Assembly (NCBI GenBank): GCA_963833485.1
Contig: CAWHXT010000005.1
Location: forward strand, 347,545-411,544
Direction: 5' to 3'
DNA length: 64,000 nt
DNA from: an uncultured Candidatus Micrarchaeota archaeon
GTDB taxonomy: Archaea > Micrarchaeota > Micrarchaeia > Micrarchaeales > CABMGC01
Position 1 is the stretch's first letter; every line of letters begins with the position of its first letter. Under the pieces are notes generated by a model. That model ran no database searches and was not told where the DNA came from. It saw nothing but the letters and a program-made list of their open reading frames with translations. Shown one piece after another: positions 47,163 through 55,549 of this stretch. The translations under genes and the position numbers were made by a program.

Positions 47163-47780
47163 TTATGTATTCACGCTTAAAAACTTATTCCCTAATTCTG
47201 TAAGAAGCTTGTTTCTCAGTTCTATCAGCGACCTCTGGAACTGATCTTTCGACTTTATCTTCTCATAGCGGACCTGCTCGCTCAATCCTATCACCTCGCT
47301 CCTCACTATTGAAAGTTGATACTGGGTGAACGCCTTGTTATCCAGACCCTCCTTTATCCCTTCAAGCTCGTGGATTTGGTCCTGCAAAGATAGGGTTGGC
47401 AGCACGAGCTTCTCCTTGTTTATCTTCTTCGCCTCCTCCTCTACGACCTGGTCAAACTCCTTCCCAGCGCCACCTATAAGCTGCTTTATCTCCTTTGCCG
47501 CATCGAAGCTCTCCTTGGTAACGCTCTTCACCGGCACCTGCTTCGCCTTTGCCTCCTGAATCTGCTTCGCTGTCGGCTCCTCTATTGCCGGAATCTTCCC
47601 TCCTTCAGTGATCTCTATCTCTTTGCACGCTTTATTGTAATCATAAGTCCCAACATCGATCTGATATGAGAGTGCTTCTTTGGTGTTTATCATGACGCTC
47701 TTTGTTTCTTCGTTCTCCCCTTCCATCTCGTCAATGGTCTTAACCGCCTGGTTGTAATCAACATTTTCCTCGTTAGCCAC
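47163..47780 (-). CDS. Acidic hypothetical protein in the pilus machinery operon
   Basis: 205 aa and E/K-rich. Its start abuts the ATPase stop (shared coordinate 47780). I recognise no family. Confidence 0.55.
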   Translation of the reverse strand: MANEENVDYNQAVKTIDEMEGENEETKSVMINTKEALSYQIDVGTYDYNKACKEIEITEGGKIPAIEEPTAKQIQEAKAKQVPVKSVTKESFDAAKEIKQLIGGAGKEFDQVVEEEAKKINKEKLVLPTLSLQDQIHELEGIKEGLDNKAFTQYQLSIVRSEVIGLSEQVRYEKIKSKDQFQRSLIELRNKLLTELGNKFLSVNT

Positions 47781-49198
47781 TATATTCCCTCCTTAAACAT
47801 TCCCGGCGTGTAACTCACTTTCTTCTTCACCAGATCGAGCACGTTGTCCTTTTGCTTGTAGTAGTTTGCGATTGCGTAACCCACTTCGTCTACATCAATG
47901 ACCTTGTTGCCAACAAGCCAGTCAAGCATCTCCTTTCTGTCCTTCAAATCTTGACTGACCTCACTCTTGGTGTAACCACCATAGAGCATGAGCAGCTCTC
48001 CGAGCCTTCCAAACTCTGCTATCTGAAGGAAAGTGTCATTCTTCAGGTTCCACCTGTAGATGACGTTCGCGTCTCCCGTCTTCACTATCTCTCCAAATTC
48101 CAGCACCCTTCTTATCCCAAGTCTCCTATGCCTGAAGAGGCTCACTATACCTCCAATCGCGTTTATGAGTATTTTCGGTATGCCTATTGGTGGGTTTGTT
48201 ATTCTCACTATAGTATCATTCGCGTTGTCTGCGTGGACTGTGCCGTACACCGCGTGACCTGTGTGTATTGCCTCGAAAAGCGTCTCTGCGTCCTTCTGGG
48301 TTCTGATTTCTCCGATAAGCATGATGTCAGGACGCTGTCTAAGTGCGTTTATCATAAGGTCGTATAAAGTAATTTCTCCCTTTCCTTCTGGGTTCGGCTG
48401 CCTTGTAACCATTGGCACCCAATGAAGGAATGCAGGAAGTGTGAGCTCCCTAGTTTCCTCTACAGATATTATCCTGTGGTTTCCTGGCATGAAGACGCTC
48501 ATGGCGTTTAGGAAGCTTGTCTTCCCGCTTGCCGTTCCACCAGAGATCAGCATGCTAAGCTCGTTCTGGACGCACATCCATATTATTGCGGCGACTTCCG
48601 AGGAAATCGTATGGTTTGCTATCAGCGCGGGCATGGTCCACGGATTCTTCGCGAACTTTCTTATTGTTATTGTGTTTCCTCTTTGTGATATTGGGTAGAG
48701 AGTCGCATTGACTCTTGAGCCATCAGGAAGCTCCGCGTCCATCAGCGGAGAAAGGTTGGTTATCTGCCTCCCCACTCTTCTTCCTATCTGCTCCGAGTCG
48801 TCGTATATCGCTGCCTCACTGTCCAACTTTATCGTTGACTTGCACCACCCGTACTTTTTATGGAACACCCAAACAGGTTCCTTAGCGTTGTTAACTACCA
48901 CTTCCTCAAGGTTATCATCAGCAAGTGGTATCTCCAGGTCCCCAAGACCGAGCATAATGTTGATTATGTAAGCAATCAGCGCCCTCTTCGCATCTGGTTT
49001 CGTGCCAGGAAGGTACTTCTCCACTACAAGGCTAGAAGCCTCTACGTACTTTGCGCTCAGTTCCTCCACATACTCTTTATCTTCTATCCTTGTCGGATCT
49101 ATCGGCACTATCGCAAGCAGCTCCGGTCTAAGCGAAGAAAGGAGGATCTTAGTCGCGTCACCTAGCCCTGGGGAAGATAACCTGATATATTGGTACAA
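47780..49198 (-). CDS. Type IV pilus/archaellum-type secretion ATPase (FlaI/VirB11/TadA family); true start may be ATG 49295 with a frameshift near 49181..49184
   Basis: Walker A SGGTASGKTS, ISVEETRELT, and RQRPDIMLIGEIR...HTGHAVYGTVHA. An upstream 36-codon ORF (MSDVIIYKQYDNYNLDAHGLKVNIKITDVPGEFVPIYQ) starts 4 nt after the preceding gene and is +1 out of frame. Confidence 0.88.
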   Translation of the reverse strand: MYQYIRLSSPGLGDATKILLSSLRPELLAIVPIDPTRIEDKEYVEELSAKYVEASSLVVEKYLPGTKPDAKRALIAYIINIMLGLGDLEIPLADDNLEEVVVNNAKEPVWVFHKKYGWCKSTIKLDSEAAIYDDSEQIGRRVGRQITNLSPLMDAELPDGSRVNATLYPISQRGNTITIRKFAKNPWTMPALIANHTISSEVAAIIWMCVQNELSMLISGGTASGKTSFLNAMSVFMPGNHRIISVEETRELTLPAFLHWVPMVTRQPNPEGKGEITLYDLMINALRQRPDIMLIGEIRTQKDAETLFEAIHTGHAVYGTVHADNANDTIVRITNPPIGIPKILINAIGGIVSLFRHRRLGIRRVLEFGEIVKTGDANVIYRWNLKNDTFLQIAEFGRLGELLMLYGGYTKSEVSQDLKDRKEMLDWLVGNKVIDVDEVGYAIANYYKQKDNVLDLVKKKVSYTPGMFKEGI

Positions 49199-49299
49199 AC
49201 TCTCCTGGGACGTCGGTTATTTTTATGTTGACCTTGAGTCCATGTGCGTCAAGATTGTAGTTATCATACTGTTTGTATATGATCACGTCCGACATATCA

Positions 49300-50514
49300 T
49301 CATACCTCGTCCTTCTCGCCTAGCGACTCCACACCGGACTTCACGTCGTTAAGCTTTTCCTCCATATTAACTTCATCTTTCTGCATCTTCGATACCTTCT
49401 TGCTTATGTCTTCGACTGCCACGCTCCTCTTTTCCGGGTCAACGGATAAACTGTTAATCACTTTCATCTCATTCTTTATAAGGGCTAGGTCCTTCATCCT
49501 TTCATCATACATCTCCTTTATCTCCTCAAGCTGGTCCTTCAGTCCTTTTATCTCCTTGTTGAAATCTGCGAAGTCTCCGAACGCCCTCCTCATCGCCTCA
49601 AGCTTGTTCGTTATCTCCTGCATCTTGCCCTGTGCAAGCGGTAGGTTCTGTTCCACACCTAGTTTCGCCTTCTCTAGTTCGTTCAGCAGCGCTATCCTCT
49701 CCTTTTCAACGCTAATCCTTATCCTCTCACTCTCCCTCTTTGAGTTTTTCTCCACCCTATCGTTCTCCTGAATGGCCCTCCTCTGCTGCTCTATTGCATC
49801 CTTTAGCGCATTAAGCTCCTCGTTGATGTTGGCCTGCTCTTGCCTGAGAGAGTTTCTCTTCTCTTCTAACATCTTGTCAAATGAGACCTGCAACTCATTC
49901 ATCGTCTGTTGCGACCTTACTATCTTGTTCTGTATGTCGTCCATTATCTTGTTGGCTTCCGTAGCGCCGGTGGTGAAGTTCTTCATCTTGCTTGCTATCT
50001 CTAGAAGGGACTTCATCTCCTTGTCCAGGGTCTCGCTCATCTTGTCCACTCTGTCCTTCTCCAACTTTATGCTCCCATAGTATTTCTCCGCATTTCTCTG
50101 TATGCTGTCCAGCTGGTCAAGGTCAGCTTTCAGCGTTCCCGCATTGCTCTTGAATATCTCATCAGCGTTCTCTAGCACCCTGCTGAAGTTCTTCATCTTC
50201 TTGTTTATGTTCTGGAGTATGTTGTCCTGTTCGATTATGTCTGTTTCCAGCCCGCTCTTCTTTACCTCTATGGTGCTCTTCAGCGTCTCCATTCCCTCTT
50301 TGGTCACGGCTAGAGGCGATATGTACATCTTCCCTACTTTGTAGCTTATCTTGACTACGTTTGCCTTCTCAAGAACGTCCGCCCACCCCTCAATTACCTT
50401 GCCACTCACCTTCAGCTCTGCCGCAAGTGTTGACGCATCGGTCTCCCCATGCTGCTTCAAATAAGTGACGAGGGCATCGATGCCTGTAGTCGTTGTTAGG
50501 GGTTCTTCCGCCAT
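49300..50514 (-). CDS. wHTH-like N-terminal domain + long coiled-coil protein, first gene of the pilus machinery operon
   Basis: GIDALVTYLKQHGETDASTLAAELKVSGKVIEGWADVLEKANVVKISY is followed by about 330 aa of heptad-rich E/K/L sequence. Confidence 0.6.
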   Translation of the reverse strand: MAEEPLTTTTGIDALVTYLKQHGETDASTLAAELKVSGKVIEGWADVLEKANVVKISYKVGKMYISPLAVTKEGMETLKSTIEVKKSGLETDIIEQDNILQNINKKMKNFSRVLENADEIFKSNAGTLKADLDQLDSIQRNAEKYYGSIKLEKDRVDKMSETLDKEMKSLLEIASKMKNFTTGATEANKIMDDIQNKIVRSQQTMNELQVSFDKMLEEKRNSLRQEQANINEELNALKDAIEQQRRAIQENDRVEKNSKRESERIRISVEKERIALLNELEKAKLGVEQNLPLAQGKMQEITNKLEAMRRAFGDFADFNKEIKGLKDQLEEIKEMYDERMKDLALIKNEMKVINSLSVDPEKRSVAVEDISKKVSKMQKDEVNMEEKLNDVKSGVESLGEKDEV

Positions 50515-50533
50515 GCTATCTCTAATATACGTT

Positions 50534-50541
50534 TATTTAAA
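50534..50541 (-). promoter_or_regulatory. TATA-like box (tttaaata on the reverse strand) about 25 nt upstream of ATG 50514; would give a near-leaderless transcript of the machinery operon
   Basis: Based on sequence and spacing only. Confidence 0.35.
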
Positions 50542-50614
50542 GGATTTAAATGCTACTGCTCATTTTAGGTCAGCAACTGCGCCTGTCTGTTTCTCTTCAG
50601 CCCTATCCTCTCTA

Positions 50615-51340
50615 TTAATCAGCGCCCTTATCAAGGAATGCTGCTATCTCGTCAGCCTGCGCGACCTCCGGTAGCAGAAGGCTAGAGATGCCTGCCCTTG
50701 TCATTCTTGCGATGTCGTCCTGTCTCTTCATCCTCGAGGTTATCTTGATCTTGCTGTTCATGGCCTTCGCCTCCACAGCTATCATCGTATTGTTCACATC
50801 ATCCTCGTCCAGCAGCACAAGACGCGAAGCTCTTCTCAGTTTCGCCCTATCTAAGGTCTCCACCTGGGTAGGGTCTCCACTTATGGCGAATATTCCCTGG
50901 TCTATCAGCCTGTTAACAACGCTCGGCTTCTGGTCTATCACAACAAAATCTATCCTCTGCTTGCTAAGCTTCTTTGCAGTCTCTATTGCTATCCCATTTG
51001 CTGGGGTTATCACCACATGCCCACTTATGTTACGCAATCGCGTACTAGCTATTTTTTCCTTCAGATTTATCTTTTCAAGCATCTGGTAGAAGATTGTAGT
51101 TAAGATTATCGTCACTATCAGTTTTCCAGCTATGTCCATCGCTTCCACAAAGAATATCAGAAGGTTCTGCTCATCGATAAGCATCAAGTTTACTGGGAAG
51201 GAAGCGCCTATGATGTTCATAAAGCTCCAAAGCACTGCAGCAAAAACACTCTCTCCTGTCGCATATACGGCTATAACAGATATGATGAACATTATTACTA
51301 ACGCGATTATCAGGAATTTCTGTATAGCTCTAAGCCGCAT
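50615..51340 (-). CDS. 2-TM channel-like protein with an RCK/TrkA-N domain and a degenerate selectivity filter
   Basis: TM1, a pore-helix-like stretch (ESVFAAVLWSFMNIIGASFP, no GYG), TM2, then the Rossmann motif GHVVITPANGIAIETAKKL. Confidence 0.65.
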   Translation of the reverse strand: MRLRAIQKFLIIALVIMFIISVIAVYATGESVFAAVLWSFMNIIGASFPVNLMLIDEQNLLIFFVEAMDIAGKLIVTIILTTIFYQMLEKINLKEKIASTRLRNISGHVVITPANGIAIETAKKLSKQRIDFVVIDQKPSVVNRLIDQGIFAISGDPTQVETLDRAKLRRASRLVLLDEDDVNNTMIAVEAKAMNSKIKITSRMKRQDDIARMTRAGISSLLLPEVAQADEIAAFLDKGAD

Positions 51341-51343
51341 AAA

Positions 51344-52126
51344 CTAACCTCGTGACACCACCCGCATGAGCTCCTCACCAAGTTCTATCCCAGCAAGGTA
51401 CTCTGGAAGTACACACATCTCAACTCCAAGCCTGTGCATCTTTATGCTTATCTCGTCGCTGCTCACTCTTGTCAGGATCTTTATCCCTGCCTTGATTTTC
51501 TTTGCGGTTACTGCCCCAAGCAGATTCTCCAGATCGTCCCATGATGCAAAGACGACCGCAGAGGCGTTTTCTATTCCCGCATTTTCTAAGTTCTCCTTTT
51601 CCGTAAACTTCCCTGTTATCGCTACGATCTTCTCTTTATCTAGTTCGACTGTTGTCTCCTGCTTGTTTTCTATCACAACAAATTTTATGCCCTTCTTCCT
51701 CAACCTATCAATAAGATTTGCGGAGAGCTCGTTGTACCCGCAGATTATCACGTGTCCCCGCATACTTTTCGCTTTCATCTTGTTTAGGACCTCCTCAAGG
51801 TTGGCATATCCTATTATGTCAAGCACAGCTGCCAGGACGAAGCTTATCACCAGAATCTTACTCAAGTTGTCTAGGATCACGATGAGCACGATCAATGAGA
51901 ATTTGTAGATTCCATAGCCGAATGCCATAGTCGCCAGGTTGAAGGAGGAGGCTGTGTTTGGGTTGTCGAAGAAAGTTTCTATAGTGTAATATGCATCAAG
52001 GTAAATGTTGTTTGTGAGTAGGTAAAGCACACCTATTGAGACAAATATGATCACTGCACCTATAATGAGAGCCGAGACAAGCACGTTTCGCGTCTCGCTT
52101 TTTTCGAATGCCATGCTATCAATCAA
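51344..52126 (-). CDS. MthK-like K+ channel: 2-TM pore with a GYG-containing filter + RCK/TrkA-N domain
   Basis: LDAYYTIETFF...ATMAFGYGIY between two TM helices, followed by GHVIICGYNELSANLIDRL. Confidence 0.72.
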   Translation of the reverse strand: MIDSMAFEKSETRNVLVSALIIGAVIIFVSIGVLYLLTNNIYLDAYYTIETFFDNPNTASSFNLATMAFGYGIYKFSLIVLIVILDNLSKILVISFVLAAVLDIIGYANLEEVLNKMKAKSMRGHVIICGYNELSANLIDRLRKKGIKFVVIENKQETTVELDKEKIVAITGKFTEKENLENAGIENASAVVFASWDDLENLLGAVTAKKIKAGIKILTRVSSDEISIKMHRLGVEMCVLPEYLAGIELGEELMRVVSRG

Positions 52127-52569
52127 ATATCCTTCTTTATCTCTTCAAACAGCTCCGCACTAGCAGACAAATTGGGCGTTGCGATGAAGTTTGCCCCAGC
52201 ATCGGCTAACTTACCCTTCATGAACTCGTTGTTCGCTCGCGTCGCTATCACTATCTTCTTATTGAGACTCTTCGCAGTTATCACGGTGAAAAGGTTCTTT
52301 GCATCATCATCCATCACCACAGCTATCGCCTTTGCTGAGCTGACTCCAGCATCCTTCAGTGTCTTTGACGATGTGGCATCCCCGATTATGACTTCTATGC
52401 CTCTTTCCTTTAGCAGTTCTGCCTTGTCTTTGTTTAGCTCTACAACAACCAGCTTTGCTTTCTCCTGCAGCACCTCTACTATCCTCTCCCCAACTATACC
52501 GTAACCGCACACGATTACATGATCCTTAAATTGCTCTCTAGCCGCCATCAAAATTATATAACAAGCCAA
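52123..52569 (-). CDS. Soluble RCK/TrkA-N domain protein
   Basis: HVIVCGYGIVGERIVEVL is the Rossmann motif. The protein is 148 aa and overlaps the channel gene by 4 nt. Confidence 0.8.
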   Translation of the reverse strand: MACYIILMAAREQFKDHVIVCGYGIVGERIVEVLQEKAKLVVVELNKDKAELLKERGIEVIIGDATSSKTLKDAGVSSAKAIAVVMDDDAKNLFTVITAKSLNKKIVIATRANNEFMKGKLADAGANFIATPNLSASAELFEEIKKDI

Positions 52570-52681
52570 AGGATTTAAAGCTACTCTAAATACGAGACCT
52601 AAAATGGAAAATGAAAGAGAGATAATACGAAAATTATAGTAACCTTTTTAGATTAAACAAGACAATGTTTATCGTGACCTT

Positions 52682-54457
52682 ATGGGAGAAAAGGAATTTC
52701 TTCTGCTATTCGGTGGAGTATTAGTTGGGATATTGGTTGTAATCGTCGCCCTTTTTGGAATGGGCTTCTTACACAACCTATCCGGGCCAAACCTTGCAAG
52801 TCAGCTCACTCTGAAAAAGCCAATGCCAGTTGTGCAATTTGAAAACCTCCTAGCCAAGGATTCAAATTTCTCCCAGGTTAATGTAAGCTACTCTGGCTTG
52901 ATCAAGATAAAGTCTAGTACGGGCATTGCCACCTCTAGTTACGAATTGAACTTCACAGCGCAGTATGCAAGATTTGAGAACTCTTCAGCTTTCGGGATCT
53001 CATTCAACATTCCACAATCTTCATATTCAAACTACTATAACACTTATGATTACGAGCTTATCACTAATGGAAGCGACAAATACTACTGCAACTCGCAGCT
53101 TGGCTCCTACATCTCTCAATATTATACTGCTGGTTTTGGATGCATCGACCAAGCAACTGCCGATGTCCTACAAAACACCACCTATAACAGCTCTCTTGCA
53201 ATGTTCAACTTCCTATCTGGAAAAGGAGTAAAAATTACTATCAACCAGGCTTCGCAGGGTACATACAACGGCAAGTCATGCACAGCTTTAAACGGAACGT
53301 TCAGCGGTATCATGCCGTACTCTCAAGCCGAAAACTTGCTGTATTACGCCCAAATATACTCATTTTACTCTTACTACAATACGAACATAAGCATTGGTGG
53401 TAGCTTCAAGACGTGCATATCAAACAAGAATTACCTACCCCTAAGCCTAAACTCTACTATAAAGCTTACCAGCGGATCGCAAACAGTTAGCATGCAAATG
53501 ACGATGAATCAGACCTCTATATCAAACTCAACTTCCTATGCTGATACAGCAGTGCCAACCACTCCTCTCAACCTCTCTTCGATTCTGAGAGGATATTGTT
53601 TGTCTGGCTACTCCACCTACAGCAGTTCGCAGCTGAACGGCTATTGCTCTTTTGCTACGCTGAACACTACGGGAACTCTCATGCTGAAATATGAGAGTTA
53701 CTACAATAACTACTACAATAATTATGGAACTTATGGAAGCTATACACCGATAGACATCCTTGGCATAGCTTGCACACAGTATTACAGTCCATATAACATC
53801 TACTACCCTCAGCCAACTTCAACTATCCCACAGCCACCTTCTGCAAGCAACTTCACTCCTGTAAACGTAACAATCTATACATATCAGAATGCTACCCTGT
53901 ACTTCAATTGCCCAATGAACTCTACGAAGCTTGGGAGCAGAATAATATCAAACCTTTGGGTTTACTACCGAACAGGCTCAACGACAAGCGTAGCCCAGCT
54001 TGGCACAAGCTACGCCTACATAACAACCGACGATGAGCTCGGGACCCAAATGAACACAGGCATTGTGTACCCGATACCATCGACATTGCCGATAAATACC
54101 CCAATTTCCATAACAGCTTACGACTATCGCGACAACATAGACAGGTCCCTTGATATATTCATAGACAACTTCCCTGGCGCATATATTGGAAACGGCTACT
54201 ATACCAACTCATCTAATTATAGCACGTATTTCTACCAGGGCGAAACGGATAACTACTTTGCCAACCTGACTGGGAACCACACGCTGTACATTGCAATAAC
54301 GCAGTATGAAGGGAGCTATTACGGGAACTATTCAGGCACATTAACAATCAACGACACATCGTCCACAGACTTCAGCGGGCTAGACGCAACCCATATTCTA
54401 GAAGTGAATGTGACCGATGGCACGATAGATAACTCCTCAGTTATAACCGTCCCATGA
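52682..54457 (+). CDS. Membrane-anchored extracellular protein, Tyr/Asn/Ser/Thr-rich with many N-glycosylation sequons (surface-layer-type candidate)
   Basis: N-terminal TM helix LLLFGGVLVGILVVIVALFGMGFL, then 560 aa of low-charge, beta-rich composition. I recognise no family. Confidence 0.55.
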   Translation: MGEKEFLLLFGGVLVGILVVIVALFGMGFLHNLSGPNLASQLTLKKPMPVVQFENLLAKDSNFSQVNVSYSGLIKIKSSTGIATSSYELNFTAQYARFENSSAFGISFNIPQSSYSNYYNTYDYELITNGSDKYYCNSQLGSYISQYYTAGFGCIDQATADVLQNTTYNSSLAMFNFLSGKGVKITINQASQGTYNGKSCTALNGTFSGIMPYSQAENLLYYAQIYSFYSYYNTNISIGGSFKTCISNKNYLPLSLNSTIKLTSGSQTVSMQMTMNQTSISNSTSYADTAVPTTPLNLSSILRGYCLSGYSTYSSSQLNGYCSFATLNTTGTLMLKYESYYNNYYNNYGTYGSYTPIDILGIACTQYYSPYNIYYPQPTSTIPQPPSASNFTPVNVTIYTYQNATLYFNCPMNSTKLGSRIISNLWVYYRTGSTTSVAQLGTSYAYITTDDELGTQMNTGIVYPIPSTLPINTPISITAYDYRDNIDRSLDIFIDNFPGAYIGNGYYTNSSNYSTYFYQGETDNYFANLTGNHTLYIAITQYEGSYYGNYSGTLTINDTSSTDFSGLDATHILEVNVTDGTIDNSSVITVP

Positions 54458-54513
54458 TTTTATTGAGCATTGTGCATCAATGAAATCGCATGGTCTGAAT
54501 AGAACTTAAAAGC

Positions 54514-55533
54514 TTAGAGTTTCGTCTTTCCAGTGTTTACTATCAGCATTTTCTTATTTCTAGGTAGAGAATTCTTCATCTGCAACATCAGCGCAAGACC
54601 AGCTACTCCAGAAGGCTCGCAGTTGATCCCCTGAGATTTTGCAATCCTCATCGCTTCGTCTAGATACTTCTCTTTTAGGAAGTAAACGTCTGTTCTTGGG
54701 CCGCAGAATCCTGACCTCTTATAAAATCTTAGCCAGTCCTCTTCTATCATAGGTGCAGCCAAGAAATGAGCATAAAGTTTGTCTGCCTTCGTTTTTGGAT
54801 TATTTGAAGTCGCTCCCATAAAATTGCAGTTCCTTAGCGCGTTTACGTTGCCATGAAATCTTGGATCATACCTTTGGTACCCTACTTCGAGCTTATTTAA
54901 TTCCAAGACCTTTGAAAATAGAATCCCAGTTCCAACTGGAATAAAGCAGTAATCTGGAGAGTTATTTAGTATCTCATAGCCCATCCAGTCGTAGTTGCCT
55001 ATCTCTGAGATAGCTCCACGATTTGAAGTCAGGTCAAATCCGTTCTTGTTCTTTGTAAGCGAAAGGATATCTTCCGCTAATAGAAGTCTTTTGCTTAAAT
55101 CTGTAACAAATATCTCACAATGGGATTTTTTGATAGCACCATAAATCTTAGGATCTAAATTTTTATCTACCAAAACTTTGAGTTTCGGTAACCTATAGTG
55201 TTCTAACATGCGGCCTATAGCAATTGCTGCAGAACCAGAGGAGATTATAGAAAATCTTGGTAGAGCACCATAATGAGGATCGGATTTTTTCGCTAGCAAA
55301 AAGTTTCTGTATAAGATGATTACCTCCCATGCAATTCGATCTTTGTGAGTTCCAGTTGGGTTTACACTGTCATCCTTTAACCAAACATTTGAGAAACCAG
55401 GTACCTTTATTTTATAAGTAGGCGTTGCAGGGAATTTTGGATTATATGGTGGGAACTCTGGTTTATGTGGGTCGTCCGTTGATGGAACGACAATTGAGTT
55501 CAATACCTTCTCTTCATTTTTGGATAAGCTCAT
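54514..55533 (-). CDS. PLP-dependent enzyme, fold type II (threonine synthase/cysteine synthase superfamily)
   Basis: NPTGTHKDR (PLP lysine motif), IISSGSAAIAIG and IPVGTGILF. Confidence 0.65.
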   Translation of the reverse strand: MSLSKNEEKVLNSIVVPSTDDPHKPEFPPYNPKFPATPTYKIKVPGFSNVWLKDDSVNPTGTHKDRIAWEVIILYRNFLLAKKSDPHYGALPRFSIISSGSAAIAIGRMLEHYRLPKLKVLVDKNLDPKIYGAIKKSHCEIFVTDLSKRLLLAEDILSLTKNKNGFDLTSNRGAISEIGNYDWMGYEILNNSPDYCFIPVGTGILFSKVLELNKLEVGYQRYDPRFHGNVNALRNCNFMGATSNNPKTKADKLYAHFLAAPMIEEDWLRFYKRSGFCGPRTDVYFLKEKYLDEAMRIAKSQGINCEPSGVAGLALMLQMKNSLPRNKKMLIVNTGKTKL

Positions 55534-55549
55534 CTAATCGGTCTCTATA

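Noticed and set aside
49400-50344. + strand Ser/Leu/Phe-rich ORFs (49400..49771, 49772..50080, 50102..50344).
   Set aside because: They are antisense images of the Glu/Lys/Leu-rich coiled-coil gene 49300..50514. This is a typical complementary-codon artefact.
34447-50514. The idea that the whole pilus/adhesin locus is a genomic island integrated at tRNA-Cys.
   Set aside because: I found no copy of the tRNA-Cys 3' half and no integrase at the far end by eye. The composition does not look obviously different from the flanks. This cannot be tested properly without computation.
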